Shown: one piece after another, positions 16,459 through 24,131 of the stretch | How positions within the stretch are numbered: the first letter of the stretch is position 1 | Layout: the number at the start of each line of letters is the position of its first letter | Assembly (NCBI RefSeq): GCF_009720735.1 | Contig: NZ_WNKU01000006.1 | Coordinates: 60,610-92,609 of the forward strand | Source: Heliobacterium mobile | GTDB lineage: Bacteria > Bacillota > Desulfitobacteriia > Heliobacteriales > Heliobacteriaceae | Length of the DNA stretch: 32,000 nucleotides | Direction: 5' to 3' | The notes under the pieces: model-generated | Seen by the model: the letters and a program-made list of their open reading frames with translations, nothing else | Told to the model about the DNA's origin: nothing | The model's database searches: none | Translations under genes and position numbers: made by a program

Positions 16459-16625
16459 CAAAAAATAAAAAACCTCTTCAAATAAGAAGAGGTTTGCGCG
16501 CAGGAAAATACCCTCCCCTTATCTCTCAGGACACTTACGCATCCCGCAGGATTTGGCACCGTGTTTTAGAAAAACCGGTTGCCGGGCTTCATAGGGCCAG
16601 TCCCTCAGCCATCTCGTGATAAGAG
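16459..16625 (-). promoter_or_regulatory. SAM-I (S-box) riboswitch with its terminator expression platform
   Basis: The minus strand reads CTCTTATCACGAGATGGCTGAGGGACTGGCCCTATGAAGCCCGGCAACCGG...ACGGTGCCAAATCCTGCGGGA...GAGAGATAAGGGG. The P1 halves CTTATC/GATAAG and the conserved S-box core are present. A terminator follows: AACCTCTTC-loop-GAAGAGGTT plus a T-run (16459-16496). Confidence 0.9.
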
Positions 16626-16649
16626 CTCTGTATGCTGTTTACGAAAGAG

Positions 16650-16679
16650 AGTATACCAAGCAAACTTCATGATTGTCAA
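16650..16679 (-). promoter_or_regulatory. Sigma-A promoter of the S-box/metNIQ operon
   Basis: On the minus strand: TTGACA (16679-16674), an 18-nt spacer, then TGG-TATACT (extended -10, 16655-16650), about 20 nt upstream of riboswitch P1. Confidence 0.65.
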
Positions 16680-16760
16680 CACATGCACAAAATCTTGCTC
16701 TTCCGTCAATTCACATTATTGAATCAATCAAGAAAGGGACACTTCCACTCGAATGAAAAA

Positions 16761-16794
16761 GCCCCAGTGTTCTATGGTTATTGAACACTGGGGC
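16761..16794 (-). terminator. Rho-independent terminator of the reductase/activase operon
   Basis: A 12-bp stem, gccccagtgttc / gaacactggggc, followed on the minus strand by a T5 run. Confidence 0.8.
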
Positions 16795-16870
16795 CATTAC
16801 ACCCAGAACTTCTAACAAGAAATGAGGTTATAATGCTAGTATTTTGCCAATACAGCAAATCAATGACTGA

Positions 16871-18040
16871 CTACATATCCTCTAACATTTCAAGAAATGC
16901 CTGTACCCGGGTCTTGATCTGCTGGCTGTCCCCTTCAGAGTAATCCGTCTCGATATGCAGCACCGGTGTACCCCGGTGTTCTTTCAAATAGTCGCGGAGT
17001 ACCCGGGCTTCCACGTTATAGGTGTGACATCCTTGCCAGGTGATATCGACGACGCCGTCGGCTTTGAACTCATCGACTAACCGGGCGAGCAGTTCCATCC
17101 GGTCTGGATTGGGGCTCATACAGGAACAAGGGGTGGCGAGATATTTTTCGGCGATGGCTTCGAGAGGCGTCTTGGTCTCATCGACCAGGCGGATGAACTG
17201 TTTCATGCCGGCGCAGTTTTCCAAAAAGACGACGGCAGCGCCCGATTCTTCGAGAATACGGATCACCTTCTCTGTACCGACGCCTGTAGGCACGCCGGTC
17301 ACAATGATGCGTTTGGCCCCCTTGGCTGTAGCGCCAACGCCTTCGGCGACGCGTTCATCCAGCTCTTTCATCAGTTCCTCGACCTGTTCGGCAAAGGCCG
17401 CCCGATCAAAGACGAAGTTTCGGGACCAGAGCACTTTGAGCAGGTCCTGTCCGGAGAAAGGAACGGGATCATGTTTCAGATAACCAGCCAAGCGCTGCAT
17501 GAGACGGCGCTCTTGATTCAATTCTTCGATGGCGGCGGCCATGGCTTCTTCCGTGATAGTGACCTGGAAGTAGTCCTCCAGATAAGCTTTGAGCCGAGCC
17601 ACTTCAGATAGCCAGTAAGTCTGGCTGGCCTCATCCTTATTACTGGGCGGTAAATTCATCACCATCAAGGGCTTAAATTTACCCATCAGTTCAAACATCT
17701 TCTTCTTGCCGTCACAAGTCGTCTCACCGAGAACCAGGTCTGAATGCAGGAAGAAGGGACATTTGTCGGTGATCGCAAAGCCATAAGACGATTTTATTAA
17801 AGGACAAAAATTCCGGGGAAGGACCTTTTCCCCGTCAGCGATGGGCTCCTCTTTCGTAGCACAGAGGGCCACAGGCACTCCGCCAGCGGCAACGATCAGT
17901 TCCTGAGGTGCAAAAACGCAATAGTGACCGACCACTTTTTTCCCCTGACTTTTCGCTTCCTCGATGGTCCCGGCAGCCCGAGGGATGGCTACATCAAAAA
18001 AGGCCATGGAAAAGGGACGTTCTTCGGCAATTCGAGACAT
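16871..18040 (-). CDS. 2-hydroxyacyl-CoA dehydratase-fold protein, single-subunit type (double-cubane-cluster reductase-like)
   Basis: 389 aa with HgdB/BcrB-like Rossmann halves. Nine Cys residues fall at cluster-ligand-like spots (HYC41, C60, NFC79P, DKC94P, TTC109DGK, C276, PC305SC307, GC338H). There is no second dehydratase subunit, only an adjacent activase. Confidence 0.7.
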   Translation of the reverse strand: MSRIAEERPFSMAFFDVAIPRAAGTIEEAKSQGKKVVGHYCVFAPQELIVAAGGVPVALCATKEEPIADGEKVLPRNFCPLIKSSYGFAITDKCPFFLHSDLVLGETTCDGKKKMFELMGKFKPLMVMNLPPSNKDEASQTYWLSEVARLKAYLEDYFQVTITEEAMAAAIEELNQERRLMQRLAGYLKHDPVPFSGQDLLKVLWSRNFVFDRAAFAEQVEELMKELDERVAEGVGATAKGAKRIIVTGVPTGVGTEKVIRILEESGAAVVFLENCAGMKQFIRLVDETKTPLEAIAEKYLATPCSCMSPNPDRMELLARLVDEFKADGVVDITWQGCHTYNVEARVLRDYLKEHRGTPVLHIETDYSEGDSQQIKTRVQAFLEMLEDM

Positions 18041-18114
18041 AGTATAACTCCTCCCTGATGATAAATTAAGAAACTAAGTTCTTGCGGCAATTATCGCTAT
18101 GTAAAGTAGATTCA

Positions 18115-18897
18115 TTATGCTTTTTCCCAGGCGATCAAAGCCGCCCCTAAAGCACCCGCATAGGGAGAATGTTCATTCACTTCTACCGGTCGTTTCAACT
18201 CTTTCTCTAAGGCCACCCGGATCGCTTCGTTTCGGGAAACGCCGCCTGTAAACAACAGAGGGCCATCTCCATCAAAGCGGGCAATCATCGCAGCCACTCG
18301 CCTTGCTACCGAATGGTGCAACCCAGCTACGATCGCCTTTCGGTCAACGCCTCGGTTGATTAAGCCGATGACCTCTGATTCAGCAAAAACGGTGCACATG
18401 GCATTGATCGGTTGCGGCGACACCTCCTCCCCGCCCGCATAAGCGCCGAGTTCAGACACGTCCAAGCCCAGCGCATGAGCCATGACACTTAAAAACCGTC
18501 CGGTCCCGGCAGCACACTTGTCATTCATCACAAAGTCGAGGACTCTTCCTTTAGGCCCGACCTGTATTCCTTTGGCATCTTGCCCGCCGATATCAATCAC
18601 CAGTTCCACACCGGGCCGCAAGTAGGCTGCGCCACGGCTATGACAGGCAATCTCAGTGACCGTCGTATTCAAAAAAGGCAGGTTCACCCGCCCATAGCCG
18701 GTGCCACAGATATGCCTCAGGTCTCCCCGGGAGATGGTCCATTCCCTCAAGGCCTGATCCAGCATCTGATGGGTCACTTCTGCCGGACTCCATCCGGTGG
18801 GCTGCTGCCAGAAGCCCATCTGTTGACCATCAAATATAACCAGCTTTACAGCCGTGGAGCCCGCGTCGATACCAGCAACAATATTTCGCAAAATCAC
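18115..18897 (-). CDS. Acyl-CoA dehydratase activase / BcrAD-BadFG-type ATPase (archerase)
   Basis: ASKHA-fold motifs GIDAGSTAVK and IDIGGQD. The two conserved [4Fe-4S]-bridging Cys contexts are present (NDKCAAGTGRF and AMCTVFAESEV). I moved the start to GTG 18897 (AAGGTGG RBS 6 nt upstream). Confidence 0.85.
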   Translation of the reverse strand: MILRNIVAGIDAGSTAVKLVIFDGQQMGFWQQPTGWSPAEVTHQMLDQALREWTISRGDLRHICGTGYGRVNLPFLNTTVTEIACHSRGAAYLRPGVELVIDIGGQDAKGIQVGPKGRVLDFVMNDKCAAGTGRFLSVMAHALGLDVSELGAYAGGEEVSPQPINAMCTVFAESEVIGLINRGVDRKAIVAGLHHSVARRVAAMIARFDGDGPLLFTGGVSRNEAIRVALEKELKRPVEVNEHSPYAGALGAALIAWEKA

Positions 18898-19009
18898 CTG
18901 ATACCACCTTAATGTCGATCCATCTCGATGATTAAATAGTTCGACCAAAAAACGCGCATTCCTTTTGTGCATTAACCATTCGTAAAAGCTGCCGGCTTTC
19001 CGTCAGGCG

Positions 19010-19050
19010 CAAAAATCCCCGACCTCTACAGGCGAGATCGGGGATTTTTA
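19010..19050 (-). terminator. Rho-independent terminator after the FliD-like gene
   Basis: Stem atccccga / tcggggat with an A5 tract and a T5 tract. The T-run follows on the minus strand. Confidence 0.7.
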
Positions 19051-19109
19051 CATAGATCTCTATTCAGTTATCTTTGATGGCGCGATATGCTGCTACTCAC
19101 AACAGCGAT

Positions 19110-20411
19110 TTAGAAATATCCGTTATAAAACATGCCAGAACTGTTCGTTAGCGAGTAATACAAGAGGGGATTTGCATTCATCTGATAGCTATTCAACTGT
19201 TGTTGGATCATCCAGTTCTGAGTTCCCGAATCAGAGCCCAGAGTCGCCGCACTTGTGAGCGACGTCAGCGGCATGGAGGAAACTCCTTTGGCCAGTTGCC
19301 CTTCTTTATAGGCAAATCCACCATAATCACCGATTGTACGCTTCACACGATCAGGATGATCGGTCAGTGCTTCAGAAAGTTTATCGGCATCAACCGCCAG
19401 GGAACCGTCTGCCCGCAAATCAATTCCTATATCTTCAAGGTTTAAGCGGTTTTCTTTTACAGCACCGATCACACTTTGGGACAGGCTGCTCTTGACTACA
19501 TCTTGGTTGTCTTTCAACGTATTCACCGTTTTGTTATATACCGTGACCAAATCGTTAATGGCCTTTTTGATAGCTGTTGTATCCTGTCCCACCTTCACGG
19601 TGACGTCCTCAGTGGTGACCGCTTTCAGCGTCAAGGATATCTTGCCTCCGTTAAGGGAGACCGTATTGCTTTGACCGGTTACGGCAGTTCCGTCTACGGT
19701 GTACTTTGCGTCCTGGGCGGAAGTTGTTTTGATATTGGCTCCGCTGTTGGCGACAAGGTTACCTTGGACATCGTTTATGGTAAAGATGTTGTCCGTTCCG
19801 GTTTTGTTGGCAGTCAATACGATTTGGCTCTTGGTCACACCACCCGATGTGGTATCGACCACTTTCGCCGTAATTCCTGTATTGGCTTCGTTGATCGACG
19901 TAGCCATCTTTTGGAGGGTCGTCTTCGTGGTATCACTATTGCCTACATCGGTCGTCAAGGTATGGGTCTTTCCGTTGATATTCAAAGCAAAAACATTCTT
20001 TTGGATCGCAAAGCCGGCGGTGGCAGCCGTCGTCGAGGACTGCATTTGCGTACCTTTATTTTGCTGTGCTACGGCTACTTGCGTTACACCCACTTTGTAG
20101 ATCGCAGCCGTCGTCTTATCGACAGCCGTACCCGTGAGAGCCGTTGAACCTCCTGTATCAACCACCCGCTTGTCGAAGACGTTACCGGCTTTATTGGAGG
20201 TCAGCTGATCCGCTTTGCTTCCCAGTTCAGCAAAACGCTCCCGTGTATCCTTCAGCGCACTCGTCACTTTATTCTTCAACGAGTCTAAACTGGAATAAGG
20301 ATTGTAATAGTTATACGGATTGAATCGATTCTTGGTAACCGTGGGAGCATAGGTCGATTGGGGTTTCCAAATTGAACTTATTCCCCCGTAATAACCGACT
20401 GCTCGAAACAT
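19110..20411 (-). CDS. Divergent flagellar filament-cap (FliD/HAP2)-like protein
   Basis: Central and C-terminal FliD-like blocks are present: AAIYKVGVTQVAVAQQNKG, TSAQDAKYTVDGTAV, LEDIGIDLRADGSLAVDADKLSEALTDHPDRVKRTIG. The start is ATG 20411 (GGAGGTG RBS 6 nt upstream). The track GTG at 20420 lies inside the RBS. Confidence 0.6.
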   Translation of the reverse strand: MFRAVGYYGGISSIWKPQSTYAPTVTKNRFNPYNYYNPYSSLDSLKNKVTSALKDTRERFAELGSKADQLTSNKAGNVFDKRVVDTGGSTALTGTAVDKTTAAIYKVGVTQVAVAQQNKGTQMQSSTTAATAGFAIQKNVFALNINGKTHTLTTDVGNSDTTKTTLQKMATSINEANTGITAKVVDTTSGGVTKSQIVLTANKTGTDNIFTINDVQGNLVANSGANIKTTSAQDAKYTVDGTAVTGQSNTVSLNGGKISLTLKAVTTEDVTVKVGQDTTAIKKAINDLVTVYNKTVNTLKDNQDVVKSSLSQSVIGAVKENRLNLEDIGIDLRADGSLAVDADKLSEALTDHPDRVKRTIGDYGGFAYKEGQLAKGVSSMPLTSLTSAATLGSDSGTQNWMIQQQLNSYQMNANPLLYYSLTNSSGMFYNGYF

Positions 20412-20503
20412 ATGGGACACCTCCTTGTAGACGGAAGAGGCGAAAAGGCGTCAACCTTATATCTGTTTGCTGGTCAACTGGATGGGATATCCTTCTACCT
20501 TCT

Positions 20504-20530
20504 ATATCGATTATCTCACCTTTCCCCTTA
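20504..20530 (-). promoter_or_regulatory. Candidate sigma-D (sigma-28)-type promoter upstream of the FliD-like gene
   Basis: The minus strand reads TAAG-N15-ATCGATAT, against the consensus TAAA-N15-GCCGATAT. The CGATAT core is intact. It lies about 85 nt upstream of the start codon. Confidence 0.35.
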
Positions 20531-20679
20531 AGAGTAAATTCGTCCATGGTCTCAATTCCGCTTCGTACAGCTTATTCTTGCAATAAATCTTTTGAATCAT
20601 CTTCCAAAAAGAATAAAAACCTTTAATTCCCTGTTTGATTATGTTATTAATATCCTAAGGGAATCTAATGGAGGAGTGT

Positions 20680-21087
20680 ATGGCCTTGCAACTTCACAAC
20701 TGTTCCCGATGCGAGCGGGTTTTTATCGGCATCAGCGGTAAGCTTTGTCCAGAGTGTGTCAAAAAACAAGACGCCGCCTTGGAAAAGGTTCGCGATTACC
20801 TGTACGATCATCCTGGTGCGACCGTACAGGAAGTGATCGATGAGACCGGCATCGATGAAAAGAAAATCTTAGAGCTCGTAAAAATTGGGTATATCTGTTT
20901 CGAAAACTCCCTTTTGAAGTGCAGCCGTTGTGGTATAACGATCGAGCGAGGCTCTCACTGTTCTTCCTGTCAACGAGAGCTGCTTCATGGACTTCACCAT
21001 GCCACCGCTTCGCTGAATAACAATGAGCAATCGCGGGCCAAGATCTTCGCCTATAACCAACTTCAGAACAAAACAACCTCCAAATAA
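20680..21087 (+). CDS. yvyF: YvyF-like flagellar-operon zinc-ribbon protein
   Basis: N-terminal CxxC...CxxC (CSRCERVF...CPECVKK), a central VRDYL..HPGATVQEVIDETGIDEKKILELVKIG block, and a second zinc ribbon (CSRCG...CSSC). GGAGG RBS 5 nt before ATG 20680. Confidence 0.55.
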   Translation: MALQLHNCSRCERVFIGISGKLCPECVKKQDAALEKVRDYLYDHPGATVQEVIDETGIDEKKILELVKIGYICFENSLLKCSRCGITIERGSHCSSCQRELLHGLHHATASLNNNEQSRAKIFAYNQLQNKTTSK

Positions 21088-21095
21088 TCAGAAAC

Positions 21096-21133
21096 AAAAA
21101 ACCCCGGCCTGTTACAAAACGCCGGGGTTTCAT
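21096..21133. terminator. Bidirectional terminator
   Basis: Stem ccccggc / gccgggg flanked by A6 upstream and TTTCATTATT downstream. On the minus strand a T6 run follows the stem. Confidence 0.75.
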
Positions 21134-21184
21134 TATTCAATCTCGCTAAAAGCGACAATCCATGAGCCCATCCTTTAGATTCGA

Positions 21185-21283
21185 TTAGTCCTCAAAGTCG
21201 TCTACCGCATGGGGGTCGCTGACTAGCTTCAGGAACAACATCCAAAAGCAAAGCAACAAGTTCAACAGCCACAATGAATCCAT
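21185..21283 (-). CDS. Candidate 32-aa hydrophobic micro-protein
   Basis: My own reading gives ATG..TAA encoding MDSLWLLNLLLCFWMLFLKLVSDPHAVDDFED, with an AGAGGGA RBS 6 nt upstream. It lies between the holin-like gene and a good minus-strand terminator. It is too short for the ORF track. Confidence 0.3.
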   Translation of the reverse strand: MDSLWLLNLLLCFWMLFLKLVSDPHAVDDFED

Positions 21284-21491
21284 GGTGAATCCCTCTTTCT
21301 TCCTCAACGGGGGCTTTCGCCCTGACACCGGTACAACAGGCAGTTGCTTTGTTGCTCTACAGGCTTACGCAAAGCATTGAATATCTATTTGTCTACCTAT
21401 TTTTAAACTTAACAGATCTGTTTAACCTTTGCAAGTATGTTGTGCAGAAAATGTCGAATAAAAGAAGAAGCAACCTTCAACACGCACAAAT

Positions 21492-21863
21492 CTAGGGCGT
21501 TTTTCGGACCGACTCTTTCAGGGAAGCGATCAGTCCCTTCTTTTTCGCTTCTTCGTAAGCAAATTCGATGACACTTTTCATTTCTTCTTTGGACCGTAGA
21601 ATCCCCTTATTCTCGAGGGTCTTCCCCAGATGCTTCAGTGCCATTTCGAACTGCTCATCACCAGAAAGGTGTCCATACCGATTTCGTGCATAGACGACCG
21701 CCGACAGAGCCAAGTTCCCCACTGTTTGTCGTTCCTGTTCAGTGGTAACCGTTTTCATGTAATCCATCGCGGCTGGACCGAAATTCCGGGTAAGATAGGT
21801 GGTGACGACGATCACTCCGAAGACGATCACATACAATCCGATCAGCAACAAATCGACGTTCAA
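21492..21863 (-). CDS. LL-H-type phage holin-like membrane protein (orphan)
   Basis: 123 aa from a TTG start with an AAAGGAG RBS. It has one N-terminal TM helix (LLLIGLYVIVFGVIVVTTYL) and then a soluble helical tail (ALSAVVYARNRYGHLSGDEQFEMALKHLGKTLENKGI...VIEFAYEEAKKKG), the Holin_LLH architecture. Confidence 0.45.
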   Translation of the reverse strand: MNVDLLLIGLYVIVFGVIVVTTYLTRNFGPAAMDYMKTVTTEQERQTVGNLALSAVVYARNRYGHLSGDEQFEMALKHLGKTLENKGILRSKEEMKSVIEFAYEEAKKKGLIASLKESVRKTP

Positions 21864-21979
21864 GCTTTCAACTCCTTTCTTTTCCTCTCCAGATCATCTC
21901 TCTCCCGCCTTATCCGATTCGGGCTATTATATATATAGAGATGTTTTGCTTTTTGTGATAATCGTGGTATAAAATAACA

Positions 21980-22008
21980 ATACCCACATCGCCTAAATCA
22001 GTGGGTAT
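21980..22008 (-). terminator. Hairpin terminator after the 150-aa membrane protein gene
   Basis: Stem atacccac / gtgggtat, with T-rich sequence on both sides. Confidence 0.5.
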
Positions 22009-22018
22009 TTTAATAATT

Positions 22019-22471
22019 TTATACATATTTTTCCTTATCGTTGTTTCTGTCTTTTTCCCGTTTATCTCTTTTTCGAATCAACCCGATGATCGTTCGAAAA
22101 ACTACAACAAGCGCCATGTATACGGCAAAGAGTACGAGATAACCAGCGATACCGGCGATCACATCTGTCGTTTCCATATTTCCACGTCCGGTGATCTTCT
22201 GCTCTACCTCTATAGCGACGGCCATGACGATGACAAAAAAGGTGGTAAAAAAGAAGGAGACTGTCGCTAACCCCCATTGGGCGAGATATTTAAAGAGGCT
22301 GTTGACAACCAAAAATATACAGATTCCTGCGAAGCCAATAATCCAAAAATGCAATTCTGTGTCGCTAAGATGTTTCCCGACCCCGTGGAACTTTAGAATC
22401 GCATCATGAATAGTATTGATGATGCCGGAAAACTCCATCAGCAGAGACTTCAAAAAACCACCTTCCTTCAA
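22019..22471 (-). CDS. Integral membrane protein, unknown family
   Basis: About 4 predicted TM helices and a basic KRDKREKDRNNDKEKYV tail. The start is ambiguous: TTG 22471, or an internal TTG 18 nt downstream preceded by AAGGAAGGTGG. Confidence 0.5.
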   Translation of the reverse strand: MKEGGFLKSLLMEFSGIINTIHDAILKFHGVGKHLSDTELHFWIIGFAGICIFLVVNSLFKYLAQWGLATVSFFFTTFFVIVMAVAIEVEQKITGRGNMETTDVIAGIAGYLVLFAVYMALVVVFRTIIGLIRKRDKREKDRNNDKEKYV

Positions 22472-22493
22472 TTATCGTAAAGGAGCCCCTACT

Positions 22494-23249
22494 ATGCTGT
22501 TCTTGATTAAATTTCTATACAGCTTTTTGCTGCCGCCGGGACTTTTCGTGGTCATCCTGTTGTTTATTTCAGCCTGGAATTTTTACCGCCGGAAAAAGAG
22601 TTCGGCCTATATATCCATATGGCTGGCTTTTTTGATCTACGCCCTTTCCATGCCCATCATAGGCGATCTCTTTATCCGTTCCTTGGAAAGCCGTTTCACA
22701 CCGCCTGCTTCAGTGAATGGGGATGTGATTGTCCTGCTCGGCGGTGGCGCCACGTCTGATACACCTGATGTCGATGGGGTGGGCCAGTTAACAGGTTCTA
22801 GCGCGAATCGTATGCTGACGGCGGCCCGCCTGCATCGGCAGACGGGTCTTCCTATCATTTTATCGGCTGGTCAGGTTTACAACGATACCGGCAATGAATC
22901 GCTGATTGCCCAGCGGCAGTTGATCACTTTAGGCATTCCGGAAGATAAGCTCATCGTCGAGGGGAACAGCCGAAACACCGAAGAAAATGCTCGTTTTACA
23001 AAGAGTCTTCTCGATGAAAAGGGATTTTCTCGACCCTTGCTGGTCACATCGGCTTTTCACATGGAACGGGCTGTGCTTAACTTCGAAAAGGTCGGTATAA
23101 CTGTTCAACCTTATCCGACGGACTATAAAACAAATGCAGGTAGCATCTTTTACCTCAATAAGCTGGCTCCATCGGCAGATACATTGTCAAATGTGAGTCT
23201 CGCGAGCAAAGAATATCTCGGGATATTGGCGATAAACCTGGGACTCTAG
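22494..23249 (+). CDS. DUF218 (YdcF/SanA/ElyC) family envelope protein
   Basis: N-terminal TM helices MLFLIKFLYSFLLPPGLFVV, then the DUF218 core GDVIVLLGGG...SAGQ...GNSRNTEENA...LLVTSAFHMERA. AAGGAG RBS 9 nt upstream of ATG 22494. Confidence 0.8.
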   Translation: MLFLIKFLYSFLLPPGLFVVILLFISAWNFYRRKKSSAYISIWLAFLIYALSMPIIGDLFIRSLESRFTPPASVNGDVIVLLGGGATSDTPDVDGVGQLTGSSANRMLTAARLHRQTGLPIILSAGQVYNDTGNESLIAQRQLITLGIPEDKLIVEGNSRNTEENARFTKSLLDEKGFSRPLLVTSAFHMERAVLNFEKVGITVQPYPTDYKTNAGSIFYLNKLAPSADTLSNVSLASKEYLGILAINLGL

Positions 23250-23269
23250 CACCCTTTCTCCCCTATAGA

Positions 23270-23321
23270 AAAATGAAGCATCCCTCTGGGTTGAGCCCCA
23301 TCGGATTGCTTCATTTTTTGT
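23270..23321. terminator. Bidirectional terminator shared by the DUF218 and nitroreductase genes
   Basis: Stem aaatgaagca..tcc / gga.tgcttcattt with one bulge. T-runs follow on both strands. Confidence 0.7.
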
Positions 23322-23400
23322 CTATTTTTAGTATATCCTATTTTTGGTTTGCTGTGTTCACTATTCGCTTTGAAATTGCTGATAAAATCTCTTCCCCCTA

Positions 23401-23901
23401 TTACCAGCGGTCCTTATGGATACGTTTAGGATTAAAGCGATTCGCGGGAGGAAGTTGCTCCGCTGGATATCCTAGGGGGATGAGCGCGAGAGGAATCACC
23501 TGTTCCGGTATACCGAGGAGATCTCGTAGTGCCTTGACCCGGCCTTCTTCTGGATAAAGGCCGACCCAAACCGCTCCAAGTCCTTTGGCTTGCGCCGCAA
23601 CTAGGATATTTTGTGTCGCTGCAGAACAGTCTTGCACCCAGAAACCTTTATACTTTTCTAAAGTCTCATCTCCGCAGACTAAAATAGCCAAGGGAGCTTG
23701 CTTAACCATCCCCGCATAGGGATGAAACTTAGGGATTTCATCAAGTAGTTGCCGGTCTTTGATCACAATGAAGTGCCATGGTTGTTCATTGCCGGCAGAA
23801 GGCGCACTCATAGCCGCTTCCAACAGTTCTTTGACCAATTCATCAGCTACGGGTTGGTCCGTGTACGTCCGGACACTTCGGCGGGAAAGAATGGCGTCCA
23901 T
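23401..23901 (-). CDS. Nitroreductase family protein (FMN-dependent)
   Basis: 166 aa with the motifs RRSVRTYTD, APSAGNEQPWHFIVI and QNILVAAQAKGLGAVWVG. AAGGAG RBS 8 nt upstream. Confidence 0.85.
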   Translation of the reverse strand: MDAILSRRSVRTYTDQPVADELVKELLEAAMSAPSAGNEQPWHFIVIKDRQLLDEIPKFHPYAGMVKQAPLAILVCGDETLEKYKGFWVQDCSAATQNILVAAQAKGLGAVWVGLYPEEGRVKALRDLLGIPEQVIPLALIPLGYPAEQLPPANRFNPKRIHKDRW

Positions 23902-24131
23902 GTACCCATCTCCTTATGTTTAGATGCTAATTGACAAGCCAAGTGATTTCTCGAACTATCCCACGAATATTAGTTTCTATCACTACAGGAAATATCCTGC
24001 AACAGTCCATCGCCTCCTAGGACCCTAGTCTATTTTTTAATAAAACAATGAATGATATACTTTTACCCATAAACAAGAAAAAAAGAAATGTTATCGCTTT
24101 AACGCTCTAGTTATAACAAGGAGGTATCGAA

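Noticed and set aside
16413-16559. N-terminal extension of the metN ORF (the 391-aa version)
   Set aside because: The extension reads through the S-box terminator and aptamer. ATG 16412 has an AAGGAGG RBS and gives a canonical ABC ATPase N-terminus.
19476-20147. 223-aa and 133-aa plus-strand ORFs antisense to the FliD-like gene
   Set aside because: These are shadow ORFs of a Thr/Val/Ala-rich gene. They have no RBS or family features, and the FliD-like frame has recognisable conserved blocks.
21492-22471. A prophage or mobile element suggested by the holin-like gene
   Set aside because: No integrase, terminase, capsid, tail or endolysin genes, att-like direct repeats or tRNA target are seen in the window. 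A single holin-family gene is insufficient.
22416-22493. Upstream extension of the DUF218 ORF (the MMMPENS... start)
   Set aside because: It overlaps the divergently transcribed membrane-protein gene. ATG 22494 has an AAGGAG RBS and begins with the expected TM helix.
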